Shown here one piece after another: positions 8,895 to 18,306 of a stretch of DNA of 64,000 nt (its first letter is position 1; each line of letters opens with the position of its first letter). This stretch comes from an uncultured bacterium (GTDB taxonomy: Bacteria > Bacteroidota > Ignavibacteria > Kapaibacteriales > UBA4661): contig CALCNX010000089.1 in NCBI GenBank assembly GCA_937899715.1, positions 9,213-73,212 on the forward strand, read 5' to 3'. A program made the position numbers and the translations under genes. The notes under the pieces are model-generated. The model worked only from the letters and a program-made list of their open reading frames with translations, was not told the origin of the DNA and did no database searches.

Positions 8895-10182
8895 AGAGAA
8901 ATTTTTGCTTGTTGACGAGCTGCAGTTTTTTTCCGCGAATAAACGCCGACTCTACGCTGTTGGTACGCATATCAAGTGCATCGCCATCCGAAACAAAGAG
9001 CGTTGCGTCTTTGCCTACTTCGAGTGTTCCCAAGCGGTCATCTACGCCAAGAATTTTTGCCACATTCGCTGAAATAGCCATCAATGCCTCTTCTTTGCTC
9101 AGTCCGTACGCAGCAGCCGTGCCTGCCTCAAAGCCAATATTTCGCTGCTGCCAGCCTTGCGGGATAGCGCCTGTCGAATAGAGTATACCCGCTTTTTGTA
9201 ATGCGGCGGGAGTTTTGTAAGGCTGCTCAATATCATCTGACCAGCGTTCCGGCAAATTGTGTGTACCTTCCAACATTACGGGAACATTATTTGCTTTGAG
9301 CACATCGGTTAAAAGCCAACTATCGGCACCACCGACAATAACAGGTGTAATGCCAAATTCTTTCGCAAAATTGACAGCCGCCAAAATTGATTTAGCATGG
9401 TCAGCACGGATAAAGAGCTTTTTTGAGCCATCAAACAAACCGCGCATTGCCTCGAAGCGAAGGTTTTTTTCTTTCGGTGTGCTTTTCACATAGCTTTGTG
9501 CTTCGCGGAAAAACTGATACAATGCAGCAATTTGTTTAGCAATCGTTTCATCTTGTGTCTTGCGGTCAGGTTCTAACGCTCCGGGCTGACGTGTGATAGT
9601 CGGAAAATTAACATGAATGCCCACATCAGTTTTGAGTGCTGCATCTTCCCAGTTCCACGCATCCATTTCCATCACCGATGAGCGTCCTGATACCAAACCG
9701 CCTCTGGGAGCAACCATTGCCGCAAGCACTCCATTGAAGCGGACGGTCGGAATAATCTGTGATTCAGCATTGTAGGCGATGAGCGCCCGCACGTGCGGAT
9801 TCAGCGAACCGACTTCGTCTGCGTCGTTTGTGGAGCGCACTGCTTCTACTTCCACCAGACCCAGCGTTGTATTAGCAGCAATAAAGCCCGGATAAACGTG
9901 CTTTCCTTTCACATCCACTACGTCAGCCCCGGTGCGGTCAAACGCTGCGTCTGCTTTGCCAACAAGTGTGATTTTTCCACTCGCAAAGCCCACCACACTG
10001 TTCTCAAGGACAGTGCCATTACCAACGTGGACAGTCGCGCCCACAAGGAACAGAGGCTTTGTCTGTGCTGTGGCAGGTGTGGGTATAGATTGTGCGAAAA
10101 GATGTGGCATCGCCGCCGCAATAATGAGAATCAAAATTGCAAGAGAAATTGCTATAAAGCGAGGAAGGAAGCGGTTTTTCAT
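8860..10182 (-). CDS. Secreted metal-dependent amidohydrolase-family protein.
   Basis: N-terminal signal peptide MKNRFLPRFIAISLAILILIIAAAMPHLFAQ. Amidohydrolase fold motifs (HVHLG-like region; …GTDSWP…-like segments). 26 nt downstream of argD on the same strand. Confidence 0.65.
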   Translation of the reverse strand: MKNRFLPRFIAISLAILILIIAAAMPHLFAQSIPTPATAQTKPLFLVGATVHVGNGTVLENSVVGFASGKITLVGKADAAFDRTGADVVDVKGKHVYPGFIAANTTLGLVEVEAVRSTNDADEVGSLNPHVRALIAYNAESQIIPTVRFNGVLAAMVAPRGGLVSGRSSVMEMDAWNWEDAALKTDVGIHVNFPTITRQPGALEPDRKTQDETIAKQIAALYQFFREAQSYVKSTPKEKNLRFEAMRGLFDGSKKLFIRADHAKSILAAVNFAKEFGITPVIVGGADSWLLTDVLKANNVPVMLEGTHNLPERWSDDIEQPYKTPAALQKAGILYSTGAIPQGWQQRNIGFEAGTAAAYGLSKEEALMAISANVAKILGVDDRLGTLEVGKDATLFVSDGDALDMRTNSVESAFIRGKKLQLVNKQKFLYEQYKAKYGQK

Positions 10183-10208
10183 AATGGCAATGATTTATAG
10201 GATAGGAA

Positions 10209-11423
10209 TTAGTTGATATTTGCTTGTTCGGAGTGTGCTTTGAAACAATCTTGCATAGCGACGACAAACTCATCCACTTCTTTGCGAGTGGCGATAAGCG
10301 GCGGTAGCAACCGAATAACGGTGTCGGCTGTGGCATTAGCCACCACACGGCGCTTGAGCAGTGCCTCAATAAATGGTGCGGCGGGAACACTGAGTTTCAA
10401 GCCCGCCATAAAGCCGCACCCACGCACTTCTTCGACGATATTTGGAAAATTTTGCTGAATCACATTCAGGTTTTCACGCAAGTAACAGCCTACTTCGTGG
10501 ACGTTTCGCATCACGCCGCCGTAGAGTTCTTTCATCACGACAACCCCTGCCGCACACGCCACAGGGTTCCCGCCGAAGGTCGTTCCGTGCATCCCTTTGT
10601 CCCAGACGGTTTCCAAATGCTGCGCCATCAAAATAGCACCCAATGGCAGTCCGCCACCGATGCCTTTTGCCATCGTAACAATATCGGGCTTGACAAGGTA
10701 GTGGTCGAAGCCGAAAAATTTGCCTGTTCGTCCTGCGCCTGCCTGCACTTCATCGGCAATAATCAGAAAACCATATTGCTCCTGCAATTCCAATAACGTG
10801 GTAACAAACTCCGGCGCGGCAAAGACAATACCGCCCTCGCCTTGAAGAAACTCCAGCACCACGGCACACGTTTTCTCGTTGACGGCATCACGCAGTGTCT
10901 CGCTGTTATTGAAAGGAAGTACGTGCGCATTCGGGAGAAACGGCTCCATACCGTCTTTGTAAAGCGGTTTTGCCATGATAGAAAGCGCTCCGTAGGTGCG
11001 TCCATGGAAGCCACCCGTGAAAGCGAGCACTTCTGTTTTTCCTCGTGTGTTCCCCCACTTACGAGCCAGTTTTAATGCGCCCTCCATAGCTTCTGTGCCG
11101 GAGTTCGAGAAAAATACTCGTGCATAGCCCGTGTGCTGCACCAATAATTCTGCCAATTCTATTTGTGGTTCTTGGTAGAATACGTTGGAGAGATGCATAA
11201 AGGCTTGTGCCTGTCGGGTAACGGCATCCAGTAAGCGCGGATGACCGTAGCCAAGCGCATTGACGGCTATACCGCTCAGAAAATCAAGATATGAATCCCC
11301 ATCTACGCTTGTGATGCGGCAGCCGGATGCGTAGTGAACCGCAATCGGCAATCGCCGATAGACCTGATACATGGACTGCTGCTCACGTTCAATGACTGCT
11401 TGACTGGAAGTCGGAATATTCAT
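10209..11423 (-). CDS. argD: Class-III pyridoxal-phosphate aminotransferase, most like acetylornithine aminotransferase.
   Basis: Class-III signatures FSNSGTEAMEGALKLARK and IADEVQAGAGRTGKFFGFDH with a PLP-lysine region DIVTMAKGIGGGLPLGA. Size and start are typical of ArgD. Confidence 0.8.
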   Translation of the reverse strand: MNIPTSSQAVIEREQQSMYQVYRRLPIAVHYASGCRITSVDGDSYLDFLSGIAVNALGYGHPRLLDAVTRQAQAFMHLSNVFYQEPQIELAELLVQHTGYARVFFSNSGTEAMEGALKLARKWGNTRGKTEVLAFTGGFHGRTYGALSIMAKPLYKDGMEPFLPNAHVLPFNNSETLRDAVNEKTCAVVLEFLQGEGGIVFAAPEFVTTLLELQEQYGFLIIADEVQAGAGRTGKFFGFDHYLVKPDIVTMAKGIGGGLPLGAILMAQHLETVWDKGMHGTTFGGNPVACAAGVVVMKELYGGVMRNVHEVGCYLRENLNVIQQNFPNIVEEVRGCGFMAGLKLSVPAAPFIEALLKRRVVANATADTVIRLLPPLIATRKEVDEFVVAMQDCFKAHSEQANIN

Positions 11424-11898
11424 CGGCAGGGGTGAAAAGTATCACAAAATGATAATGGATATGAAACAGTAAAAATACAAAACACTCCGCACAAAGACTA
11501 GAAATTCATTACCAAACTAACAAAAAATTGTTTGACTGCTTTTTGATATTTTGGGGAGAGTTTAACTTGTTCTGTGTAAACTCCCCCACACCCAGCCCTC
11601 TCCCAGAGGGCAAGGGCTTTAGAGGCTTTAGAGCGGATTGGATGGTGTTCAAAAGAAGTTGATAGTGTGCTTGAGAAGCAAAGCGGCATACTGCCTTATT
11701 GTAGTTTGTCAACTCACAAAAGGAACACTACCAGATTGGTTTTTCTTATTTTAGCTCCTTCTCCTTTTGGGAGACGGTGGGGGATGAGGTCTGATTACAC
11801 AAAGATTCCGTACACTCTCATAGCAGTTCACAATTAATTACAGATGAAGAAATAGTTTATCGTCGTAACATTTTTTTGTAAGTTACGTTTGACTAACT

Positions 11899-12306
11899 AT
11901 GAAAATCCTTTCCCAAATATTGGCTACTGTGCTCGTAGTTCAGCTGCTTGTTGCCACAAGTAGCATACCGCTCGTGTACCATTTTTGCGGGGACGAAGTG
12001 GAAAGCGTTTCGGTCGGTGTGGCGAAACAGTGCGATTGTCAGCACGATGATCAAGATGAAGACGATAGCTGTGCTAAAGATTGCTGTCGTAACGAACTTC
12101 ATATTAGCGAATTTCACCCCGATGCACTTTTAAGTGCGCCAATTGTTCCTCCCACGTCCTTATTTGCGGCTCTCCACATTGTTCTGCCGTTTTCTTCTCC
12201 TGCTTCCGCTTACGAGAAGCACCCCGTTTGCACTATTGCTTTTGATACTCACCCTCCAGCCCGAAGTTCGGATATTCCTATCCTTTTTCGCTCTCTCCTG
12301 ATTTAA
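11899..12306 (+). CDS. Hypothetical exported Cys/Asp-rich protein at the 5' edge of the copper island.
   Basis: Hydrophobic N-terminus, then the acidic cysteine cluster CDCQHDDQDEDDSCAKDCC. No recognisable family; plausible metal-binding. Confidence 0.4.
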   Translation: MKILSQILATVLVVQLLVATSSIPLVYHFCGDEVESVSVGVAKQCDCQHDDQDEDDSCAKDCCRNELHISEFHPDALLSAPIVPPTSLFAALHIVLPFSSPASAYEKHPVCTIAFDTHPPARSSDIPILFRSLLI

Positions 12307-12521
12307 GCCTCCAATCGCCACATTGAACCGACGGAATATCTTCGCTGATACATTCTGTGCGGTTTGTCGTGCATTCTTCTGCTTTTTTATTCTATTTTTT
12401 AGCAAGCAATCCCAAGCCCGGAGCGCAAGCATAGTTCTGCATACTGCGAAGTACGCTGAACACTTGTTTGTACTTCAAATTTCTTCCTAATTTTTCTAAA
12501 CTTTTATATTCGAGGTTATAT

Positions 12522-12911
12522 ATGAAACCCTGCTGTGAAACAAGCGCACCAAAGCGCAGATTCAGCACAAATGCTCTTTTGAGCATTGTTGCTATAATGA
12601 TTGTCGGTATTGTTCTCGTAAACGCGACCGCGTTCGGAGCGCCCAAAAAAGAGACCGTGAAGGTCTGGGGCAACTGCGGTATGTGCAAAAAGACAATTGA
12701 AAAATCGCTCAAAGGCGTAAACGGTCTTGAATCGGCATCGTGGGACAAAACCACCAAGATTCTTACTGTTAGCTACGACGATAGCAAAATTGCCATGAAG
12801 CAAATTGAGGAAAAAGTCGCTGCCGCCGGTTACGACACACAAAATGTAAAAGCAAACGACGGTGCATACAGCAACCTAGCAAAATGCTGCAAGTACGACC
12901 GCAAGAAATAA
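12522..12911 (+). CDS. Membrane-anchored heavy-metal-associated (HMA) domain protein.
   Basis: N-terminal transmembrane segment, then a ferredoxin-like HMA fold carrying a variant metal-binding motif GNCGMCKKTIEKSL in place of the canonical GMTCxxC. ATG at 12522. Confidence 0.65.
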   Translation: MKPCCETSAPKRRFSTNALLSIVAIMIVGIVLVNATAFGAPKKETVKVWGNCGMCKKTIEKSLKGVNGLESASWDKTTKILTVSYDDSKIAMKQIEEKVAAAGYDTQNVKANDGAYSNLAKCCKYDRKK

Positions 12912-12925
12912 TCTTAGGCACTTGG

Positions 12926-12988
12926 GGAGTGCGGAATGGATTGCACAAAGCTCGTAAATCTACCATACGCAAATAATTTCCGCACTCC
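12926..12988. repeat. Copper-island palindromic intergenic element, copy A (GGAGTGCGGAA …41 nt… TTCCGCACTCC).
   Basis: Perfect 11-bp terminal inverted repeat. It starts 15 nt after the stop of the HMA gene (12911) and ends 32 nt before the PepSY ATG (13021). Confidence 0.7.
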
Positions 12989-13020
12989 ATGATTTGACTA
13001 TTTATTCAAGAGAAAAAGCT

Positions 13021-13773
13021 ATGAAATTTCGCACTATATGGATTCGCACAACGCACCGCTACATGGGTGTTATTGTTGGTATTCAGTTTATCTTCTGGAC
13101 GGCAAGCGGTTTGTTTTTCGCATGGAACGATATTGATGCTGTCCATGGAGATACCCTAATGGCGCATCAACACCCTTCATTTATATTCGACACGGTGAGT
13201 GTTGTTCCCGTCGCAACTGCGGTGGAGGCGCTTAAAAGTAATGTTACGAATGTCTAAAGCGTTCAATCTCTCCAGCTCCGTGAATTCTTGCACGAACCAA
13301 TGTATGAGCTTCGGTATCTACGTGACGAAAAAGAGCATTTCGCCTTGGTGAATGCTCATACAGGCGTATTCCACAAGCCGCTTACTGCTGAAGAAGCTAG
13401 CGCTGTTGCCGTAGCTGACTTTACGCCCCATGCGGCGGTGCAAAGCGTGGAATATATTACGGAAGTGGAATCCTCATCGGAATACCGCGACAAACCACTT
13501 CCTGCCTATCGCGTTACCTTCGACCATGAAAGCGCTACGCATATCTATGTTTCTGCCGAGCGCGGCACTGTTACTTCCCGGCGAAATGGTCGGTGGCGTA
13601 CTTGGGATTTTCTTTGGGCATTTCACATCCTCGACTTTCAAACCCGAGACAATATTCACAATTGGCTTTTGCGGGGTATGTCAGCACTGGCGGTAATGAC
13701 CGTATTGAGTGGTTTTCTCTTGTGGGGTTTTACTTCGTCCACACTCCGCAAACGGTTTGCCGCAAAATCGTAA
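13021..13773 (+). pseudogene. PepSY-associated transmembrane-helix protein interrupted by an in-frame TAA at 13255-13257.
   Basis: ORFs 12994..13257 and 13288..13773 lie in the same frame and are separated only by a TAA. The translation across the stop stays protein-like (…VTNV*SVQSLQLREFLHEPMYELRYLRDEK…). There is an N-terminal TM (GVIVGIQFIFWTASGLFFAW) and a C-terminal TM (LRGMSALAVMTVLSGFLLWGF), matching the small PepSY_TM architecture. Confidence 0.45.
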
Positions 13774-13875
13774 TAGACAACACACAATCTCCCGAGAGAA
13801 GTTCGGGTACACTAAATAGACAGCCGCCGTGGAGAACCTCCATTTGTACTCCAAATCTACTCACTTCATAACACT

Positions 13876-14454
13876 ATGCTGAAAACATTGATTCTTCTCG
13901 TATTGGCAGCATTGTCCTTGAGCACAAAGACACTGCAAGCCGACAGCACCGCCGCTAATGTTGAGCACGCACTACCCGATAGCACACAGATTACAAAAGC
14001 GACAAAAAGTCCGCGTATGACAATAAAGGGTACCATTGGTAAAGCCACCATCACCATAGACTACGGCTCGCCCAGGGTTCGTGGGCGCGTGATTTGGGGT
14101 GGTCTAATTGCCTATGGTACGGTCTGGGCAACGGGAGCGCATCACGCAACCTCCATTGCCTTCAGTCGTGCTGCAGTTATCGGAGGGAAAATCGTTAAAG
14201 CAGGCAAGTATGCGCTTTTTACCATTCCCGATAAAAACGAATGGACAGTGATTATCAACAAAAACTACGACCAACACTTAGCAGATGATTACGACGAAAA
14301 ACTGGACATTATTCGTCTGAAAGTAATGCCCAAATCAGTTGAAACAATTCAGGAAGAACTAACATTCGGTATTGTCGCTTCCGATGCAAGCGAAGGACAT
14401 ATCAGTTTTGCATGGGATAAACTCATCTGGACGCTTCCTCTGAAATCTCTTTAA
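13876..14454 (+). CDS. Secreted DUF2911-like protein.
   Basis: Signal peptide MLKTLILLVLAALSLSTKTLQA. Motifs VIWGGLIAYGTVWATGAHHATSIAF and AGKYALFTIPDKNEWTVIINKN match what I recall of DUF2911. Confidence 0.5.
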   Translation: MLKTLILLVLAALSLSTKTLQADSTAANVEHALPDSTQITKATKSPRMTIKGTIGKATITIDYGSPRVRGRVIWGGLIAYGTVWATGAHHATSIAFSRAAVIGGKIVKAGKYALFTIPDKNEWTVIINKNYDQHLADDYDEKLDIIRLKVMPKSVETIQEELTFGIVASDASEGHISFAWDKLIWTLPLKSL

Positions 14455-14473
14455 GCGAAGTGAGAAACAGATT

Positions 14474-15040
14474 ATGCAAACAACACTCCACATCAAAAAC
14501 ATGGTCTGCGCTCGCTGTATCCGCACGGTGCATGACGAGTTGACAGCACTTGGCTTGCAGGTCAAAAGCGTTACGCTGGGCGAAGCCACTGTTGAAGGTG
14601 AGGCGCACCTAGACGAGATTCGCCCACGACTGGAGGCACAAGGATTTGAATTGTTAGAAAGCAATACCGCCAAACTTGTGGAGCATATCAAAACGGCAGT
14701 GATTCATTTAGTGCGTTCTGATACTTTGGAAGCAATGACAGAGCGGGTGTCAGAATATCTTGCGCGAGTGATTGGTAAAGATTACGAATATCTGAGCAGT
14801 CTATTTTCATCGGTGGAAGCCATGACGATTGAACGGTATATTATTCTCCAAAAAATTGAACGCGTCAAAGAACTTCTGGTGTATGATGAATTGACCTTGA
14901 GCGAAATAGCGTATCGCTTGGGATACAGCAGCACAGCACACGTATCGCGGCAATTCAAAGAGGTTGTTGGTATGCCGCCCAGTGCTTTCAAATCGCTGAA
15001 GGACAAGCCCCGCACCGCTCTTGACCGCATCGGGCAATGA
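14474..15040 (+). CDS. Metal-responsive AraC-family transcriptional regulator with an N-terminal HMA-like metal-binding domain.
   Basis: N-terminal HIKNMVCARCIRTV (MxCxxC-type) ferredoxin-like domain, plus a C-terminal AraC helix-turn-helix (LSEIAYRLGYSSTAHVSRQFKEVVGMPPSAFK). It sits immediately upstream of copZ/copA. Confidence 0.75.
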   Translation: MQTTLHIKNMVCARCIRTVHDELTALGLQVKSVTLGEATVEGEAHLDEIRPRLEAQGFELLESNTAKLVEHIKTAVIHLVRSDTLEAMTERVSEYLARVIGKDYEYLSSLFSSVEAMTIERYIILQKIERVKELLVYDELTLSEIAYRLGYSSTAHVSRQFKEVVGMPPSAFKSLKDKPRTALDRIGQ

Positions 15041-15046
15041 AAAAAC

Positions 15047-15121
15047 CGAGCGTGTGGAAAAATTCGCTCCGAAAGAAAGTATTCAAGACCAAAGGAAGAA
15101 TCAACTTTTCGTTCACACTCC
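15047..15121. repeat. Possible degenerate sixth copy of the same element (right arm GTTCACACTCC, left arm GAGCGTGTGGAA).
   Basis: The right arm matches copy B's GTTCGCACTCC at 10 of 11 positions. It sits between the HMA-AraC regulator stop (15040) and copZ (15232). The left arm is only weakly similar. Confidence 0.35.
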
Positions 15122-15231
15122 GGCAAAGAATTCTGCAACTCTTTTCGGTTTATCTGTAACGTTGGAAGCAGCATCACATGGTATTTTTGTAGTGTAAGTT
15201 TTTTCATACACTATCATCTGGAGAAATAATC

Positions 15232-15471
15232 ATGACACACACATTTGCTATTCCCGGTATGACCTGCTCAGGCTGTGAGCGCACTGTTACTCGTATTTTG
15301 AGCAGTATTGACGGCATTACCGATGTTAAAACAGCACTACAACCATATTCCCACGTGGAAATTACCATGACGCGGCATCTTGAGACCGATGCTCTCAACG
15401 CCGAACTTGGCAAGGTTGCCAAAGGGAAATATGTGCTTTTGTCTGACACCGCAAACGGGGGAGCATTATGA
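15232..15471 (+). CDS. copZ: Copper chaperone CopZ (single HMA domain).
   Basis: [14 protein letters not shown] motif; 79 aa; its stop overlaps the copA start. Confidence 0.8.
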   Translation: MTHTFAIPGMTCSGCERTVTRILSSIDGITDVKTALQPYSHVEITMTRHLETDALNAELGKVAKGKYVLLSDTANGGAL

Positions 15472-17759
15472 ACGCCGATCAGTCAGACCCGGTGATTTCT
15501 ACGGTAACACTGGACATTAGCGGTATGAGCTGCGCTTCTTGTGCTGCGATGGTAGAAGATGCGCTCGCTACCACGCCGGGTGTGCAAAAAGCAAGCGTCA
15601 ATCTTGCATCTGAGAAAGCAACCGTATCCTTTGCACCGAAGCAGGTAAACGTGGAAATGCTCAAAACATCTGTTGAAAGCGCAGGCTACGGGGCAAGCGA
15701 AATAAAACACGATGGTAATCGTGCAGCACAAGCCGAAGCCACCGAGACGCGCAAACTCGCCGAGTACAACGCACTCAAACGCCGCTTCGCCATTGCTGCT
15801 CTGCTTGCAGCAGTAATTATGCCCCTTTCAATGACGATGCTGTTTCCAAGCGTGGAGCATTTTTTTCACCAGACTATAGGAATGCAGGCATTAAACTACA
15901 TTTTGCTTGTGCTCACGCTGCCTGTGTTGCTTTATAGCGGGCGCGAATACTATGTTTCGGCATACAACACGTTTTTGCATCGTGCGGCAAATATGGACAC
16001 CTTGATTGCCGTCGGTACGGGAGCAGCATTTGTGTACAGCGTCGTGGCGACGGTTGTGCCTGCACTTTTTGAGCAACACGGTATGAAAGCGGAGGTGTAT
16101 TTCGACACCACAGCAACAATTATAGCACTTGTTCTGCTCGGCAAAGTTTTGGAAACGCGGGCAAAAGGTCAAACGTCTGCTGCTATCAAAAAACTCATCG
16201 GTTTGCAAGCAAAGACCGCACGAATCCTCGTGCATGGTCAGGAACAAGAAATACCCATTGAGAGCGTCGTCGTGGGCAATATCGTCGTGGTACGTCCGGG
16301 CGAAAAAATCGCCACTGACGGCGAAATTACAGAAGGTTCGTCATCGGTTGATGAATCCATGCTCACGGGCGAAAGTTTGCCAATCGAAAAGACACAAGGT
16401 TCATCAGTGTTTGGCGGCACGGTCAATAAGACAGGACGCTTTACCTTTCGCGCAACGAAGGTCGGCAGCGATACCGCACTTGCACAAATCGTGCGGCTTG
16501 TGGAAGAAGCACAAGGCTCGAAAGCCCCTATTCAACGCCTCGCAGACAAGATTAGCGGCATATTTGTTCCGGCAGTTGTGGTAATTTCCATTCTCACGTT
16601 TGTTGCATGGTTCAATCTCATGCCCGCCGATGTGCGGTTGCCTTTTGCGCTCGTGAATTTTGTTGCAGTGCTTATCATTGCTTGTCCCTGTGCCTTGGGT
16701 CTTGCTACGCCAACGGCGATTATGGTTGGCACAGGCAAAGGCGCGGAACACGGTATTCTGATTCGCAATGCCGAAAGTTTGGAGAAGGCGCACCAAATCT
16801 CAGCAATTCTGCTTGATAAAACGGGTACCATCACGAAGGGCGAACCGACGGTAACAGACTTTGTGATTCTCGGTGAACTGGCACTGCGAGGGAAAACGAT
16901 ACAGCTTGCCGCTTCGCTCGAAAGCAATTCCGAGCATCCTCTTGCGGCGGCGATTGTGAACTGCGGCACACGCGAAGGCGTACAGTTATTGCCCGTAAGC
17001 CATTTTATGGCAGTAGAAGGCAAAGGTGCAACGGGTGTGGTGGACGGGAAACGCATCGCTATCGGTAATACAAAACTTATTGCTGACGAAAACATCATAC
17101 TTACCCAAGAGGCTCTGCAAACCGCAGAGCGCCTTATTGCCAATGCACGAACAGCTATGTTTGTGGCGATTGAGGGACAAATTCAAGCGGTAATAGCTGT
17201 GGCAGATGTAGTGCGCGGAACATCGCGCGAGGCAGTAGCGGCATTGCAAGCGCGTGGAATCGAGGTAGTGATGCTCACGGGCGACAACCAAAAAACGGCA
17301 GAGCATATTGCCTCTGAGGTAGGAATCAAGCGGGTCTTTGCGGATGTTCTTCCGCAGGACAAAGCAAATGCAGTAAAGCAACTGCAAGCAGAAGGCAAGA
17401 TTGTTGCAATGGTCGGCGATGGCATCAACGACGCTCCGGCACTGGCTCAAGCAGACGTGGGCATAGCCATTGGCGCAGGAACGGACGTGGCAATGGAAGC
17501 AGCGAGTATAACGCTGATGCGGAGCGATTTGCGCGATGTGGTAAAAGCCATTGACCTTTCGCGCCGCACGATGGCGAACATCAAGCAAAATCTCTTTTTC
17601 GCATTTGTCTATAACGTGCTTGGGATTCCACTTGCGGCAGGGCTGTTCTATCCCTTCACAGATTGGCTTTTAAGTCCGATGATAGCGGCGGCGGCGATGG
17701 CAATGAGTTCGGTATCGGTGCTGACCAACGCGCTCCGCCTCAAAACGATAAAACTATAG
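15468..17759 (+). CDS. copA: Copper-translocating P1B-type ATPase.
   Basis: N-terminal HMA ([14 protein letters not shown]), transmembrane CPC motif ([13 protein letters not shown]), phosphorylation site DKTGTIT, hinge [10 protein letters not shown] nucleotide motif ([10 protein letters not shown]). Confidence 0.9.
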   Translation: MNADQSDPVISTVTLDISGMSCASCAAMVEDALATTPGVQKASVNLASEKATVSFAPKQVNVEMLKTSVESAGYGASEIKHDGNRAAQAEATETRKLAEYNALKRRFAIAALLAAVIMPLSMTMLFPSVEHFFHQTIGMQALNYILLVLTLPVLLYSGREYYVSAYNTFLHRAANMDTLIAVGTGAAFVYSVVATVVPALFEQHGMKAEVYFDTTATIIALVLLGKVLETRAKGQTSAAIKKLIGLQAKTARILVHGQEQEIPIESVVVGNIVVVRPGEKIATDGEITEGSSSVDESMLTGESLPIEKTQGSSVFGGTVNKTGRFTFRATKVGSDTALAQIVRLVEEAQGSKAPIQRLADKISGIFVPAVVVISILTFVAWFNLMPADVRLPFALVNFVAVLIIACPCALGLATPTAIMVGTGKGAEHGILIRNAESLEKAHQISAILLDKTGTITKGEPTVTDFVILGELALRGKTIQLAASLESNSEHPLAAAIVNCGTREGVQLLPVSHFMAVEGKGATGVVDGKRIAIGNTKLIADENIILTQEALQTAERLIANARTAMFVAIEGQIQAVIAVADVVRGTSREAVAALQARGIEVVMLTGDNQKTAEHIASEVGIKRVFADVLPQDKANAVKQLQAEGKIVAMVGDGINDAPALAQADVGIAIGAGTDVAMEAASITLMRSDLRDVVKAIDLSRRTMANIKQNLFFAFVYNVLGIPLAAGLFYPFTDWLLSPMIAAAAMAMSSVSVLTNALRLKTIKL

Positions 17760-17830
17760 GAGTGCGAACGGAAGTTCGCCCAATCAACCAAAAGACAAAT
17801 TTTATTCTGCGAACTTCTTGTTCGCACTCC
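17759..17830. repeat. Copper-island palindromic element, copy B (GGAGTGCGAACGGAAGTTCGC … GCGAACTTCTTGTTCGCACTCC).
   Basis: It begins at the last base of the copA stop codon and ends 14 nt before the cupredoxin ATG. The outer GGAGT/ACTCC arms enclose two GCGAAC-N4/5-GTTCGC sub-hairpins. Confidence 0.7.
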
Positions 17831-17844
17831 AATTCTCTATAATT

Positions 17845-18222
17845 ATGGACACAGCACAAATTCTCGTAACGCTTGCTGGCACTGGACTCGTGGTGTTTGT
17901 GGTGTGGTATTTCTTTTTCGGCAAACGCGAAACAAAGGCTGCAATGCTCACAGCAAGCGGCGTTCAAGAAATCTCTGTTCTAGTCAAAGGCAGCTACACG
18001 CCTGAGATTATCGAAGTCGTCAAAAACAAACCCGTGCGTCTCAAATTCTACCGCGACGAAACCTCAAGTTGCTCGGAAGAGCTGGTTTTCGGCGAGTTCA
18101 ATCTCCGACGCGAGCTACCTGCTTTTGAAACGACGGTGATAGACATTACACCCACGAAAATAGGCACATTCGAGTTTACGTGTGGGATGAATATGCTCCG
18201 TGGCAAACTTGTAGTCAGATAA
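17845..18222 (+). CDS. Membrane-anchored cupredoxin-like (EfeO-N/Cup-type) small copper-binding protein.
   Basis: N-terminal transmembrane helix, then a beta-sandwich with C-terminal EFTCGMNMLRGKLVV. ATG at 17845; the track start at 17818 is a TTG inside the upstream repeat element. Confidence 0.5.
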   Translation: MDTAQILVTLAGTGLVVFVVWYFFFGKRETKAAMLTASGVQEISVLVKGSYTPEIIEVVKNKPVRLKFYRDETSSCSEELVFGEFNLRRELPAFETTVIDITPTKIGTFEFTCGMNMLRGKLVVR

Positions 18223-18229
18223 CAAACAC

Positions 18230-18293
18230 GGAGTGCGGACGGAAGTTCCGCAAAAAAAATAGAACTTAGTATGCGAACTTCCGTTCGCTCTCC
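18230..18293. repeat. Copper-island palindromic element, copy C (GGAGTGCGGACGGAAGTTCCGC … GCGAACTTCCGTTCGCTCTCC).
   Basis: It starts 8 nt after the cupredoxin stop and ends 13 nt before the multicopper-oxidase ATG. Same architecture as copy B. Confidence 0.7.
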
Positions 18294-18306
18294 ATTAGGA
18301 ATAACC

